Of a stretch of 47,808 nucleotides of DNA, positions 46,766 to 47,808 are shown piece after piece. The stretch comes from Octopus bimaculoides (Eukaryota), in NCBI RefSeq assembly GCF_001194135.2, contig NC_068997.1, positions 35,002,721 through 35,050,528 of the forward strand, given 5' to 3'. Under the pieces are notes generated by a model. The model had not been told where the DNA came from and did no database searches. It saw only the letters and a list, made by a program, of their open reading frames with translations. Every line of letters begins with the position of its first letter. Positions within the stretch are counted from its first letter, which is position 1. Made by a program: the position numbers and the translations under genes.

Positions 46766-47808
46766 TATTAACTTAGATTATAATTTAATTAATATATAGT
46801 TAGCATGTTCTTTTGCCTCAGTACTCCTTTATTAAATACCAGTTAAATGCCAATGATCATTCTTCATAGATACCATCTAATAAGCTAATATTTAAGTATA
46901 TAATATGAATAAATATTTAACTATTTCTATGTAATTTCTTTCCTCCCTCTATTGTGGTAAAGTTTGGTATATACTCAAAAGTATTCAAAAATGTTATCCT
47001 TTTGGTTATAATATTCTTCTTAATAATCTTCTTGATAACCCTAAATTTTAACTTTATACAATATAGCAGTATTGTTTAAAGTATTCAACTATAGTATCCC
47101 ATGATAAAATTTCCCCTGTATTGTCATCATTGGTTTTACTAGTCTTACTCTTTTAACTGATAACTAACATATTGATTTAAGATCTTCCTTTACCAAATCT
47201 CATTATATTGCTTCAAATTTAATCTTGATAGTTTTATGACTATAACCACTATGATTTCTGTCGACTTTCTCAGCCCCTTTCCTAACAGACACTGCTCCTT
47301 GTTCCTTGGCCTAAGATTTTAATATACAAAGATTTGATAAACAAGAATATAAATTAAAACTGACCCCAAAAAACAGTGACAGGCTAGATCTCTAACAAGT
47401 TTTTTTTTTCCTGATACCTTAGTAGCTTCTAAGTTGAAGTGAAGACAGTATGATCTTTGTCTATCTCCTTACCTTCTTGGAGGTTTTAGGTAAAATTATA
47501 CTAATGTGTCCATCTGTTTTAATTTAATTCTGTGTATTTATGCAGCTGAGGATTGATGTAATGATTTGCACTTAAATTGATGTAATGATTGCATTGTTCA
47601 ATTAAATGGAGTCACTTGAAACAAAAGTACTGCATTACCTTTGGATATCCTCTTGCTTATTTTGATAGATCAATAGCCACTACACATTCTTTATTTTCTC
47701 TCCTTGTTTCTTTCTGTATTCCTTTCTGTCAAAGAGTGTAGGCTCGAAAAGTTAAAGACTTTTTCACTTCCCGAGCGTTAAACTCATACACCTGTTTGTT
47801 GTCTATAC

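Noticed and set aside
47726-47765. Functional hammerhead ribozyme
   Set aside because: The core reads CTGTCAA instead of CTGANGA, and the flanks cannot form stem I.
1-47808. CRISPR arrays, operons, rRNA or other prokaryotic systems
   Set aside because: The DNA is eukaryotic (spliceosomal introns, SINEs, LINEs), and no regularly spaced repeat-spacer array was seen.

Overview
AT-rich, repeat-dense animal genomic DNA with three N-gaps (7319-8018, 9960-10235, 16107-17071). The SINE types, RTE remnants and microsatellites suggest a coleoid cephalopod, most likely Octopus; this is inference from remembered repeat families, not a search. Host genes seen: the first coding exon of a USP31/USP43-type deubiquitinase (+, 42448-43494) and a terminal chitin-binding type-2 (CBM14) exon (+, 11956-12128). 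There is also a weak candidate multi-exon gene on the minus strand. The rest is transposon-derived: a decayed Gypsy LTR element (29089-34848, 4-bp TSD) nested in a hAT transposase relic, Tc1 and mariner relics, a Mutator-like element with a 9-bp TSD, MITEs, tRNA-derived SINEs and RTE fragments. The most interesting signal is a cluster of about 1.7-kb non-LTR elements in the first 17 kb. They encode only an L1/Tx1-type ORF1 with an extra C-terminal domain, end in a conserved stem-loop and (in three copies) AATAAAGA instead of poly(A), occur head-to-tail, and one copy has a perfect 16-bp TSD. They look like an invertebrate analogue of mammalian half-L1 (HAL1) elements.
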